Positions 55,744 through 64,000 of a stretch of 64,000 nt of DNA are shown piece by piece. The stretch comes from Verrucomicrobiales bacterium. Its GTDB lineage: Bacteria > Verrucomicrobiota > Verrucomicrobiia > Verrucomicrobiales > SLCJ01. Where the stretch lies: NCBI GenBank assembly GCA_046075565.1, contig JBJTQJ010000040.1, positions 1-64,000 of the forward strand, in the 5' to 3' direction. A model generated the notes under the pieces. The model saw only the letters and a list, made by a program, of their open reading frames with translations, was not told the origin of the DNA and ran no database searches. The position numbers and the translations under genes were made by a program. Within the stretch, counting starts at the first letter, position 1, and each line of letters begins with the position of its first letter.

Positions 55744-57749
55744 ATCTGCCACGCCAAGTGCCGGGAGTTTACGGCCTCGCCTATTTGTTGTGGGCAAAGT
55801 CGAGCGGAGAGTGGGTTCTGGGAATACTACTCGCGCTCACTCTTGAACTTCCACGATTGCTCAACCGGCGGATCGAGGTGGACGCCCGCGCTTACCGCAT
55901 GGTGTGGCTCATGTCCCTTCTGCTCGAGTGGATCCTCGCCATCAATGGCTGGCTGGAAGGCGGACGCATCGAGTCCATGCGCTCGGTCTTAAAATGGACG
56001 CCGGTAGCGCTGGCGCCATTGGCTGTCGCATCGGCCTGGGCCATCCAACCGGGCATCCCGGTTTCTTCCTTGTTGTTGCTGCTCCGCAACCGTTTCTCCC
56101 GCCCGAGTATGGGTGGCGTGGTTCCGGTGGTGCCGCGCATCGATCCGTTTTTCCCCTACCTATGGGTCCTGCTCGTGGCCACGAGTTACCAGTCGCCGGG
56201 CTCGTTGTTTTTCCCCGCGGCGGTCGTGTTGGTGGCGGCTGCGGTGTTAGCGCAACCAGAACACCGGCGGCGCTTCCATTCTTCCCTCGCCTGGATAACC
56301 ATCGCCGTCGGCTTGTCCATGGTTTTTCATACCGGCATCATACGCGTTTACCGATTCGTCGAAAACGCCATCTACGGTCGCATGCAATTGCAGGGGCCAC
56401 AGGAAGTGAACCGAACCCTCGCTCGTATTGGTTCGGTCGGAGAGATCAAACTCTCAAAGCAAGTGCTCTGGTATGTGACCCACGAGAGCGGTCCGGCACC
56501 GGAGTATCTCTACGAGGCCACCTACGATGGATTTGATCCGGTGCAAAACGCGTGGCTGAATAGCCAGCGTGACAACCGGAAATTCGAACGTGTTCCTTCC
56601 AGCAGCGACATCCGACCACCGGATCAATGGTCGCTCGGGGGAACCGGCCAGATAGTCACGCGCGCGCGAGTCAGGGGGGAGATATCCGAAGAGTTCGCCG
56701 TGCTTCCCTTGCCCGAGAACGCGGCGATTATCCAATCCCTGCCCGCCTATCGATTGGATCGAAACGGCCTCGGCGTGGTGCGCGCCGATTTGGCAAGACC
56801 GGTGATCAACATGAGCGTTACGGGCACGACGGGCACGCCGCTGCGCCCGGACCCGGAACCATCCGTGGACCTCGAGCTCGGGCGCGCCCTGCCTGTCGTC
56901 GCGGAAACCGCGGAAAAACTCGGGCTCGCGAACTTGCCGCCTGAGGAAGCGGTCCGACGCATCCGTGGGTTCTTTGCGACGAATTTCAGTTACACGCGCA
57001 AAGCCGGCATGCTGTCGGCACGTTCTTTCCTTGAAACCGAACGCCTCGGGCATTGCGAATATTTCGCAAGCGGCACGGCTTTGCTCCTCCGCGCGGCGGG
57101 CATCCCCTCCCGCTACCACACGGGCTTCGCCCTCGTCGAATTGGACCCGCGCACGCGACAATGGAAAGTCCGCGGCACACACGCCCATGCCTGGGCAACC
57201 GCATGGCTCGACGGACGTTGGCAGGTCATTGATACCACACCATCGAATTGGCTTGAACAGGATTCCGAAGGGATTGATTTCTGGCAAATGATGCAGGACT
57301 GGTGGGAGGAAAAGCGGCTCGCCTTTCAGGACTGGCGGACCTCAGGGGATACCGGCGGATTGCTTGCATGGCTCGCGCCCACCCTTGCCGCATTGGTGGT
57401 CCTTTACACCATCATTCGGATTCTTTTGCGGCGGAAGAAAAAGCGGACGGTGCGCGTCGAGCCCGTGCATGAGTTGCCCGTTTACGCAACATGGGAGGCA
57501 AATTCGCGCTGGTCGGTATTGCTGCCCGCCCTTGAACGCTCCCGTGGAATGCGGCCGGAAAACTTGCCCGCCCTCACGTGGGTGCGTGGATTCGAGGACT
57601 GGTCTCCGGCTCTGCGTGGACACGCCGCCACCCTCGTGCGCGACCACTACCGCCGCCGCTTCGGCACCGCGGGCAGCGCGGCTCTGCCAGAGGACCCAGC
57701 CCTCCTCCACGCGGAGGAATCCCTGCGCCAGCACCTCGGGATTTCCTGA
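55740..57749 (+). CDS. Membrane transglutaminase-like protein (TgpA-like)
   Basis: Multi-TM N-terminus; GHCEYFASG..LLRAAGIPSR...GF, HAHAW, W...D.TP catalytic triad. Confidence 0.9.
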   Translation: MNLPRQVPGVYGLAYLLWAKSSGEWVLGILLALTLELPRLLNRRIEVDARAYRMVWLMSLLLEWILAINGWLEGGRIESMRSVLKWTPVALAPLAVASAWAIQPGIPVSSLLLLLRNRFSRPSMGGVVPVVPRIDPFFPYLWVLLVATSYQSPGSLFFPAAVVLVAAAVLAQPEHRRRFHSSLAWITIAVGLSMVFHTGIIRVYRFVENAIYGRMQLQGPQEVNRTLARIGSVGEIKLSKQVLWYVTHESGPAPEYLYEATYDGFDPVQNAWLNSQRDNRKFERVPSSSDIRPPDQWSLGGTGQIVTRARVRGEISEEFAVLPLPENAAIIQSLPAYRLDRNGLGVVRADLARPVINMSVTGTTGTPLRPDPEPSVDLELGRALPVVAETAEKLGLANLPPEEAVRRIRGFFATNFSYTRKAGMLSARSFLETERLGHCEYFASGTALLLRAAGIPSRYHTGFALVELDPRTRQWKVRGTHAHAWATAWLDGRWQVIDTTPSNWLEQDSEGIDFWQMMQDWWEEKRLAFQDWRTSGDTGGLLAWLAPTLAALVVLYTIIRILLRRKKKRTVRVEPVHELPVYATWEANSRWSVLLPALERSRGMRPENLPALTWVRGFEDWSPALRGHAATLVRDHYRRRFGTAGSAALPEDPALLHAEESLRQHLGIS

Positions 57750-57819
57750 GAAATGACCGCCGGAAGCGGTTCCGGCGTTGCCCGAACCGATTCGGCGGCG
57801 TATGGTTGTCCTCCCCGCT

Positions 57820-59043
57820 ATGACACCCGCCGCTCCATCTCCCGTTTCCCTTCCCGACGCCCACGGCCACTTCGGTCCCTTCGGTGGTATGTTTGTGCCG
57901 GAGACCCTGATGGCGGCCTTGAGGGAATTGGAAACCGCCTACGCTCAAGCACGGAAAGACCCTGCCTTCCACGCCGAGTTGGATTCCCTGCTCCACAACT
58001 ACTGTGGCCGTCCGACTCCGCTTTATTTCGCCGAGCGTTGGACGGAAAAACTGGGAGGCGCGAAAATTTATCTGAAACGCGAAGACCTCCTCCACACCGG
58101 CGCTCACAAAATCAACAACGCCCTCGGCCAGGTCCTGCTCGCCAAACGCCTCGGCAAAAAACGCATCATCGCCGAAACAGGAGCCGGACAACACGGAGTC
58201 GCCACCGCCACGGTTTGCGCGCGCTTCGGTCTCGAATGTGTCGTCTACATGGGCAAGGTCGATATGGAGCGCCAGGCTCTCAATGTCGCACGCATGCGCT
58301 TCCTCGGGGCCGAAGTGCGAGCCGTCACCGCCGGCCAGCAAACTCTCAAAGAAGCGGTCAATGAAGCGATGCGCGATTGGGTGACCAATGTCGCGCATAC
58401 CCATTACATCCTTGGTTCCGCTCTCGGTTCGCATCCCTTTCCCATGATTGTCCGCGATTTCCACCGCGTCATCGGGGTCGAAGCCCGCGAACAAATTCTC
58501 GCCAAGGAAGGTCGCCTGCCGGATCTGCTGGTCGCCTGTGTCGGTGGCGGCTCGAATGCCATCGGCCTTTTCCACCCCTTCATCGACGATACCTCGGTGC
58601 GCATGGTCGGAGTCGAAGCCGGCGGTGAAGGCATCGTGAAAGGCAAACACGCGGCCCGTTTCCAAGGAGGCAAACTCGGCGTGCTTCAGGGGACGAAAAC
58701 TTTCCTACTCGCCGACGATGACGGACAAATCGAACTCACCCATTCGGTCAGCGCCGGTCTCGACTACGCGGCCATCGGCCCCGAGCACGCTTGGCTTCAG
58801 GATCAAGGTCGCGTGGAATACACGTATGCCACCGATGACGCCGCACTTGCCGCCTTCAAGGAACTCTCTTCCGTCGAAGGTATCTTGCCAGCTCTCGAAT
58901 CCGCCCACGCCATGGCCTACATCCATGACGTCGCCCCCCATCTGCCCAAGGACCAACTCATCATCGCCAACTGCTCCGGCCGTGGTGACAAGGATGTGGC
59001 ACAAGCCGCGCGGATGATCTTCGGTGAGGAACTGAAGTTCTGA
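57820..59043 (+). CDS. trpB: Tryptophan synthase beta chain
   Basis: [56 protein letters not shown]. Confidence 0.97.
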   Translation: MTPAAPSPVSLPDAHGHFGPFGGMFVPETLMAALRELETAYAQARKDPAFHAELDSLLHNYCGRPTPLYFAERWTEKLGGAKIYLKREDLLHTGAHKINNALGQVLLAKRLGKKRIIAETGAGQHGVATATVCARFGLECVVYMGKVDMERQALNVARMRFLGAEVRAVTAGQQTLKEAVNEAMRDWVTNVAHTHYILGSALGSHPFPMIVRDFHRVIGVEAREQILAKEGRLPDLLVACVGGGSNAIGLFHPFIDDTSVRMVGVEAGGEGIVKGKHAARFQGGKLGVLQGTKTFLLADDDGQIELTHSVSAGLDYAAIGPEHAWLQDQGRVEYTYATDDAALAAFKELSSVEGILPALESAHAMAYIHDVAPHLPKDQLIIANCSGRGDKDVAQAARMIFGEELKF

Positions 59044-59068
59044 TTTCGGAAGCATAAATTCAGATCCC

Positions 59069-60481
59069 ATGACGCGAGCCGTTCACTTCATCGGGATCTG
59101 CGGCAAAGGCATGGGCGCACTCGCGGCTGCGCTCCACCGCGAGGGCTGGAAAGTGACCGGCTGCGACGAGAACCCGCGCCCACCGATGAGCAGCTATCTC
59201 GAGGAGGCGGGAATCCACATCGATTCTCCTTGTTGCGCCGAAAACCTTCCGGATGACGGCGCCGAAATCATCGCGGGCAAAAGGATACCGTCCGACCATC
59301 CCATCCTCACCGCCCTGCTCGCAAGGCAAGGATCGTGGTCCTCCTTTCCTGCGTTTCTCTCGAAACATTTTCTCTCTAGGTCCCGCAACGCGGTCGTTGC
59401 CGGTGGTGTGGGAAAAACAACCACCACCAGCCTGCTCGCGCATATCCTCCGTCATGCCGGCCTTGATCCGGATTATCTGATCGGAGCAAAGCCGTTCGGT
59501 TTCCCCTCCCCGGCCAAACTTGCCGGAGCAGGCACGTTTGTCATCGAAGGCGATGAGTATGCATCGTGTGGCGACGATCTCCGCCCGAAGTTCGTCCATT
59601 ACCATCCGGAAGTGGCGGTCATTACCAATCTGCTCGAGGACCATCCGGATCTTTATGAAAACATGGATATGCTTGCCACGGCCTTTCGGGCTTTTGTCGC
59701 CTTGCTGCCGACGCACGGGCTGCTTGTCCTACCCGATGATGATGCGGACGCCCTCGCCCTCGCCCGTCACGCCGCCTGCCCGGTGAAGCGAATCGGCTTC
59801 GGAGAAAGCGCGGATATACGTATTATTGTTAGAGAAGCCACCCCCGGCTCATCCGGATTTCTCATCGAAGGCACGGCGGTTGATTTTCCCATGAGCGGTA
59901 GGATGAATGTGCGCAACGCCGCCATGGCCATGGTCGCGGCCGGTCATTTTGGGATCCATGCATCCACCTCTGCTGCCGCACTTTCCTGTTTCGAAGGCAT
60001 CGAAAAGCGACAGGAATCTCGCGCCATTGGCAGCCTGCATTTGATCACCGACAAGGCCACCCACCCTGCCGCCATCGCGGGCCTTTTCGAAGCGATCCGC
60101 CAGCGTTTTCCCGGACGCCGACTCGTCTCCATCCTGCAACCGCGAGCCACCGGCGGCAAAGCCTGGATCTACCAATCCCAACTACCGGAAACTCTATCCG
60201 CTGCCGACCTCGTCGTGCTTTTCCCGGCCTACGAACACCAGCCTGAACCAGGCCGTGAATGGAAGGGCGGCGCCTTCGATATGGAAGAACTGGCCCAGGC
60301 GACCCGCACCACCGGAACCAGAGTGGAGCAGGCCGCAGGCATCAGTGATACCGCCTCCCTTCTCCCGCGAATCCTGGAATCCGGCGATGTCATAGTTCTC
60401 AGTCTTCCCGAACAAGCCGCCGCTCTCGATTCCGAGGTTAAAAAAACTCTGGAAAAGCTCGGGTCTCGTCTGTCTCGCTGA
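59069..60481 (+). CDS. Mur ligase family protein (Mpl/MurC-like, divergent)
   Basis: HFIGICG.GMG.LA, GKTTTTS, IEGDEY, DH.D.Y, G..N..NA. Confidence 0.8.
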   Translation: MTRAVHFIGICGKGMGALAAALHREGWKVTGCDENPRPPMSSYLEEAGIHIDSPCCAENLPDDGAEIIAGKRIPSDHPILTALLARQGSWSSFPAFLSKHFLSRSRNAVVAGGVGKTTTTSLLAHILRHAGLDPDYLIGAKPFGFPSPAKLAGAGTFVIEGDEYASCGDDLRPKFVHYHPEVAVITNLLEDHPDLYENMDMLATAFRAFVALLPTHGLLVLPDDDADALALARHAACPVKRIGFGESADIRIIVREATPGSSGFLIEGTAVDFPMSGRMNVRNAAMAMVAAGHFGIHASTSAAALSCFEGIEKRQESRAIGSLHLITDKATHPAAIAGLFEAIRQRFPGRRLVSILQPRATGGKAWIYQSQLPETLSAADLVVLFPAYEHQPEPGREWKGGAFDMEELAQATRTTGTRVEQAAGISDTASLLPRILESGDVIVLSLPEQAAALDSEVKKTLEKLGSRLSR

Positions 60482-60511
60482 AGTTCAACCTCCCTCCACT
60501 CGAGAATCCCG

Positions 60512-60548
60512 TTGACACCCCATGGCTCCATGGACCATGGAGCCATGG
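60512..60548 (+). promoter_or_regulatory. TA promoter/operator: TTGACA followed by a perfect 14-1-14 palindrome overlapping the start codon
   Basis: TTGACA 60512-60517; CCATGGCTCCATGG-A-CCATGGAGCCATGG 60520-60548. Confidence 0.75.
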
Positions 60549-60781
60549 AAAAGCTCCAAGTTCTTTTTCCGCAGGATTCCATGCGACGGCTTCGAGAAGC
60601 GGCCAAAGCCGCGGATCGGCCAATGAGCGAGATCGTGCGCAGGGTCACGGAGGATTGGCTGGACGGCCAGCCCGCGGGCTCCCTCGCCGATCCTTCCATT
60701 CCGGTCTTCAACCTTGGCCTGCGTGTCTCGGATACGGAAACACTCAAGGACCTCGCCTACATCCGGGAGGACGAACCATGA
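60545..60781 (+). CDS. vapB: RHH/CopG-type antitoxin (VapB-like)
   Basis: MEKLQVLF beta-strand, L...A......SEIVRR helix; ATGA overlap with the PIN gene. Confidence 0.8.
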   Translation: MEKLQVLFPQDSMRRLREAAKAADRPMSEIVRRVTEDWLDGQPAGSLADPSIPVFNLGLRVSDTETLKDLAYIREDEP

Positions 60782-61221
60782 AGAGCCTCGATACGAATAT
60801 TCTCGTCCATGCGCTCGACACCGGCTCACCCTACCACTCGGCCTGTTTCCCAATCTACGAGAGCCTGCTGCGCGACCGAAACGAGTGGCTCGTCGCCGAC
60901 CAGATGCTGTTCGAGCTTTATCGACTGCTCCGCAATCCCGTGGTTTTCAAAAACCCGCTGGGCGCGTCGCAGGCCACGGGCCTGATTGAACGCATCCGCA
61001 ACGGCGGCGCGGCCATGCACTGCGCTTACGACGCGCGACTCTGGCCAAGAGTCATGGACCTGTTGCGCCGTTTCCCTGACCGCAAAGGCGACCTCGTTTT
61101 TGACGCGGCCTTGGCCGTAACGCTGCAATCCAAAGGGGTCAAGACATTCTACACGCGCAACACGCGCGACTACCAGGCTTTCGAAATGTTCGATGTCGTC
61201 GACCCGGTGGCGGAAGACTGA
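60778..61221 (+). CDS. vapC: PIN-domain toxin (VapC)
   Basis: LDTNILVHA, conserved E (LFE), FDAALA, TRNTRDY acidic PIN residues. Confidence 0.9.
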   Translation: MKSLDTNILVHALDTGSPYHSACFPIYESLLRDRNEWLVADQMLFELYRLLRNPVVFKNPLGASQATGLIERIRNGGAAMHCAYDARLWPRVMDLLRRFPDRKGDLVFDAALAVTLQSKGVKTFYTRNTRDYQAFEMFDVVDPVAED

Positions 61222-61264
61222 GCTACCCGCGCACCGCCTCGACGAGTTGGAACCTCGTGAATGT

Positions 61265-61789
61265 TCACCCTCGGCTGCGCGGAAGATCGTGGGGTTGGTA
61301 AACGAGAATCCCCTGGTGGTTGCCGAAATTGCGGTCAGCGGAAGCAATTTCCTGGATCCCGAGGCGGAGGGCTACGGCCAGGAAGAGGGCATCGTTGATC
61401 ATGTGTGAATAGCGCTTCTACAATTGGAGCGCGGTGATGAAGTCATCCCTCTCGACGGTTTCCAGATCGAGATTGCCATGGAGGACAGAGGTGGTGAGCC
61501 GCTGGTAGTGATTGAGCTGGGGAATGATTCCGGACGACTTTGCGAGTTTGGCGGCGGGATTGGAGCCGGTGATGAAGCCTTTGCCAACTGCTTCCTCCAT
61601 CATTCAACGATGGCAAAGCTCGCCGAGAACGAGAGTCGTGATCACGCGATTGATGCTGCCGTTGGCGCAACGTCTGATGAACTCGGCGCATTGGCGTGAG
61701 CGCCCGCTCGACGCGTAAAGCAGGATATTGCTGTCCGCCAGCACACGCGCTCCGTCCCGGATATCATCGATGTCATGATTTTGGGTCAT
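61265..61789 (-). pseudogene. vapC: PIN-domain (VapC) toxin interrupted by two in-frame stops
   Basis: One frame reads ..DSNILLY..ELCHR*MMEEA..ITALQL*KRYSHMINDALFLAVALRLGIQEIASADRNF..; TGA at 61604-61606, TAG at 61418-61420, natural stop 61265-61267. Confidence 0.88.
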
Positions 61790-62025
61790 TGGTCGTAGTA
61801 GTCAGACTCGATGATTTCGGCGAATTGCTCGTCGGAAAGGCGGGTCGGGCTCCCGAGGATTCGCAGAAGGGAATCCCGCCGGGAGGTTTTTGTCGGTTTA
61901 TCCCTGAGGTAGCGCTCAAGGGCGGTCTGTATCACATCTGCCATTGCCAGGCGTTCCCGGGCAGCATAGACCTTCAACGATTGCAGCAAGTCCTCCTCGA
62001 TTTGGGTGCCGATTTTGACTTTCAT
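61786..62025 (-). CDS. RHH-type antitoxin of the pseudogenised PIN toxin
   Basis: MKVKIGTQIEEDL...LK..AARE....ADVIQ.AL..YL; ATGA overlap with the toxin start. Confidence 0.8.
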   Translation of the reverse strand: MKVKIGTQIEEDLLQSLKVYAARERLAMADVIQTALERYLRDKPTKTSRRDSLLRILGSPTRLSDEQFAEIIESDYYDQ

Positions 62026-62147
62026 AGGGCTGACTTTTGTTGAGTTCTTTTCGGGAACACTGGCCAAACAGGGAGGTGCCAAGCAATTTTTTCTAGAAAC
62101 GTCAAGAAATCTTCCTGTTTCTAGATTGGCTCGGGGTCCGCGACAAC

Positions 62148-62177
62148 GGACACGACCCTGCGGGATCGTGTCCCTCC
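62148..62177 (-). repeat. Single GGAG-type REP-like hairpin
   Basis: Minus strand GGAG-GGACACGATCC-CGCA-GGGTCGTGTCC, 5 nt after the methyltransferase stop. Confidence 0.55.
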
Positions 62178-62182
62178 GGTTG

Positions 62183-63322
62183 TCAGATGGAATTCGCCGA
62201 CGGCATTCGCAAGGCCTCCAGAATCTGGAACTTCCCTCCCAAATGCTGCGGGTGGGTGAGCGTCTGGAATTGGCGCAGTCGTTTGGCCGTATCGGGCACC
62301 GGATTCTTTTCCAAATCGAGCAACCAATCCATACCGACGCGGGTCAGCCAGCGGCCTTGATCGAGGCTGGGCGAAACCGCGAATCCCGCCTTGGCGAGGG
62401 CGGAGGCTACCCGGGTCCAGTTGACGTGGGCCGTGATGTCCGAATGCCCGATGGCGGCGAATGGATCGTCAAGAGCCCGATGGTCGCGATAGGTGCGCAG
62501 GGTGCCTTCTGTCCGCGTGCGATGAAAATAGTCTTCCTCTTCGAATCCGTAGTCGGCGAGCAAGACGAGGCCGGTGGAGAGCAGCCCCACAAGGCCTTCG
62601 GCCCAACTTCCAAATCGAGTGCAAAGCTCTGTGGTATAGCCGTCGGGAAATGGCCCGATCTCTTCGGCGGGCAGATGGCACGACCATTCGCAAGGCCATG
62701 GAGTCGATGCCCATTGGAAAGATGAGGACTCGGTATCATATCCAACGCCCAACCGCGACCACTGACCATTTTCAAACCGGAGGCGTTCGATCGGAAAAGC
62801 ATCGAGCAATTCGTTGGCGAAGTAGACAGTCGGCAACGCGGGTTCCATGGCCGATGGGGTTTTCAGCCAGCGTGGCGTGGCACCTAGCGCGGCCATTGTT
62901 TCCGTCTGCACTGCGCGAGTGCGCTCCGATGGCTCGATGATCACGATCTCGGCTGCAGCCCGGCAGGGTTCGGGAAGCGAAGAGATCACATCGGCCAACA
63001 ATCTCCCGTCATTTGCACCCTGTTCCGCCAATTGCCAAGCCGACGGCTTGCCATTTTCTTCCCACCACCTCGCGATGCGTTTTCCCAACAGAACGCCATA
63101 GACTTCTCCCACGCTCACGCTCGTGAAAAAATCACCGCCGCGACCGACGCGGGCGCGCCCGGACCCATAGTAACCATGCTCCGGATCATAAAGAGCGGCT
63201 TCCATAAAGCGGTCGAAAGAAATCCATCCTTCCGCGTCGGCGATTTCCTCGCGCAAACGAGCGACCAGCTTCGGATCGGATTCGGCAAGAGTAGTCACGT
63301 TGGAAAGGGGAAAGAAAACCAC
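62183..63322 (-). CDS. SAM-dependent methyltransferase, MidA/NDUFAF7 family (start may be GTG 63298)
   Basis: FMEAALYDP..GYY, GDFFTS, E.GA..G.L..D, NELLDAFP, DYG, DITAHVNW. Confidence 0.9.
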   Translation of the reverse strand: MVFFPLSNVTTLAESDPKLVARLREEIADAEGWISFDRFMEAALYDPEHGYYGSGRARVGRGGDFFTSVSVGEVYGVLLGKRIARWWEENGKPSAWQLAEQGANDGRLLADVISSLPEPCRAAAEIVIIEPSERTRAVQTETMAALGATPRWLKTPSAMEPALPTVYFANELLDAFPIERLRFENGQWSRLGVGYDTESSSFQWASTPWPCEWSCHLPAEEIGPFPDGYTTELCTRFGSWAEGLVGLLSTGLVLLADYGFEEEDYFHRTRTEGTLRTYRDHRALDDPFAAIGHSDITAHVNWTRVASALAKAGFAVSPSLDQGRWLTRVGMDWLLDLEKNPVPDTAKRLRQFQTLTHPQHLGGKFQILEALRMPSANSI

Positions 63323-63385
63323 AGTTTTCTCAGATGAGCAAGAATCCAGGTTTATTCGTGTTACTTCGTGTCCATTCGTGGTTTT
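63315..63385 (-). repeat. CACGAA-periodic dispersed repeat, copy 2
   Basis: TTATTCGTGTTACTTCGTGTCCATTCGTGGTTTT (63352-63385) is the reverse complement of copy 1; degenerate opposite arm AAAACCACAG.. near 63315. Confidence 0.8.
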
Positions 63386-63413
63386 TCGGCCGTCCTCATT
63401 TCAGGATTCGGGC

Positions 63414-64000
63414 TCATGTTTTCAAAGCAGCTACCGCCGCCGCCATACGACGCAGTCCTTCGGCAAGCAGCTCGGGCGGACATCCGAAATTGAGGCGCAG
63501 GAATCCGGGCGCGCCGAAATCACGCCCAGACGAAAGATAGACATCCGCCTTCTCGAGGAAAAACGCATGGGCATCCTCGACCCCGAGACGATGGGCGTCG
63601 ATCCACATCAGATAGGTGGCTTCCACCGGATAGGCGTGCAGGCCGGGCAGGGCATTGATGGCGGCGAGGGCGGTGGCATGGTTCGCGCGAAGAATCCCAA
63701 GCACTTCCTCCAGCCAAGAACCACCATGGCGGTAGGCTGTTTCGGCGGCGGTGAGGCTGAGAGAATTCGGATACGGCACGAGGCCGCCCATGGCGCGTTG
63801 GAAAGACCGCCGCAGCGATTCATCGGGAATCACTGCATACGAGAGCCCGAGCCCCGCGATGTTGTAGGTCTTGCTCGGTGCATGCAGTGTAATCGTGCGC
63901 AATCCATTTTCGCCTTCCCAATGGATAGCCGTCTCATGCGGCGTCTTCTGTTTGTCGAGAATCAAATCACAATGGATTTCATCCGAACAAAGCACGAGCT
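63414..64000 (-). CDS. MalY/PatB family PLP-dependent enzyme (cystathionine beta-lyase-like), 5' end outside the window
   Basis: SDEIHCDL, APSKTYNIAGL (PLP Lys), EATYLMWID, FLRLNFGCP. Confidence 0.92.
   Translation of the reverse strand, partial: LVLCSDEIHCDLILDKQKTPHETAIHWEGENGLRTITLHAPSKTYNIAGLGLSYAVIPDESLRRSFQRAMGGLVPYPNSLSLTAAETAYRHGGSWLEEVLGILRANHATALAAINALPGLHAYPVEATYLMWIDAHRLGVEDAHAFFLEKADVYLSSGRDFGAPGFLRLNFGCPPELLAEGLRRMAAAVAALKT

Noticed and set aside
57820-59043. Stand-alone trpB as a TrpB2-type enzyme
   Set aside because: Motifs and ~407-aa length match canonical TrpB1; dispersed trp genes are common.
36419-61606. Alternative genetic code or selenocysteine/pyrrolysine explaining the internal stops
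   Set aside because: TGA and TAG terminate many conserved genes at their expected ends (murJ TAG; glnS, trpB, miaB TGA), and the internal stops are not at catalytic Cys/Lys positions.
60512-62177. Prophage or integrative element around the TA loci
   Set aside because: No integrase, att-like direct repeats, tRNA or phage genes were seen.
194-63823. Numerous long antisense or alternate-frame ORFs (e.g. 4967-5995, 30110-31258, 38300-39511, 49696-50874)
   Set aside because: Shadow ORFs expected in high-GC DNA opposite well-supported genes.

Overview
GC-rich bacterial chromosomal segment, probably from a verrucomicrobium. This is inferred from protein families, secreted proteins with 'GK/AK..P' N-termini and start contexts that mostly lack Shine-Dalgarno motifs. 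About 55 CDSs, mostly housekeeping, envelope and metal/Fe-S genes: murJ, two pilT paralogues, a yqjD/E/K-like trio, a divergent IF-1-like gene, TPR-TPR-exbB-exbD, a usp gene, an OprO/P-type porin, rhaB, recD2, cobB, a beta-CASP nuclease, a stand-alone OvoA-type methyltransferase, a Fur/Irr-like regulator with sufCBD, proC, rimO, thioredoxin, glnS, dtd, khpA, rpsP, feoAB, miaB, a DUF3142 pair, an aldo-keto reductase, an IMPase, DUF58 plus transglutaminase, trpB, an Mpl-like ligase, two convergent vapBC loci (one toxin pseudogenised), a MidA-like methyltransferase and a partial malY/patB. No tRNA, rRNA, cas or integrase genes were recognised. The main unexplained structures are: (1) an IS200-type HUH/Y1 transposase (14193-14645) bracketed on both sides by a duplicated cassette of tripartite hairpin repeats enclosing ordered ~59-nt tandem arrays; (2) a second, unrelated Y1 transposase that reads in frame into an M29-like peptidase, with a 27-nt palindromic motif beside its promoter that recurs alone 10.6 kb away; (3) REP-type palindromes apparently inside the exbB coding sequence; (4) four in-frame stops in otherwise intact frames, each explicable by a first-position C-to-T change; (5) several distinct dispersed palindrome families. 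All family assignments come from motif recognition by eye, not database searches.
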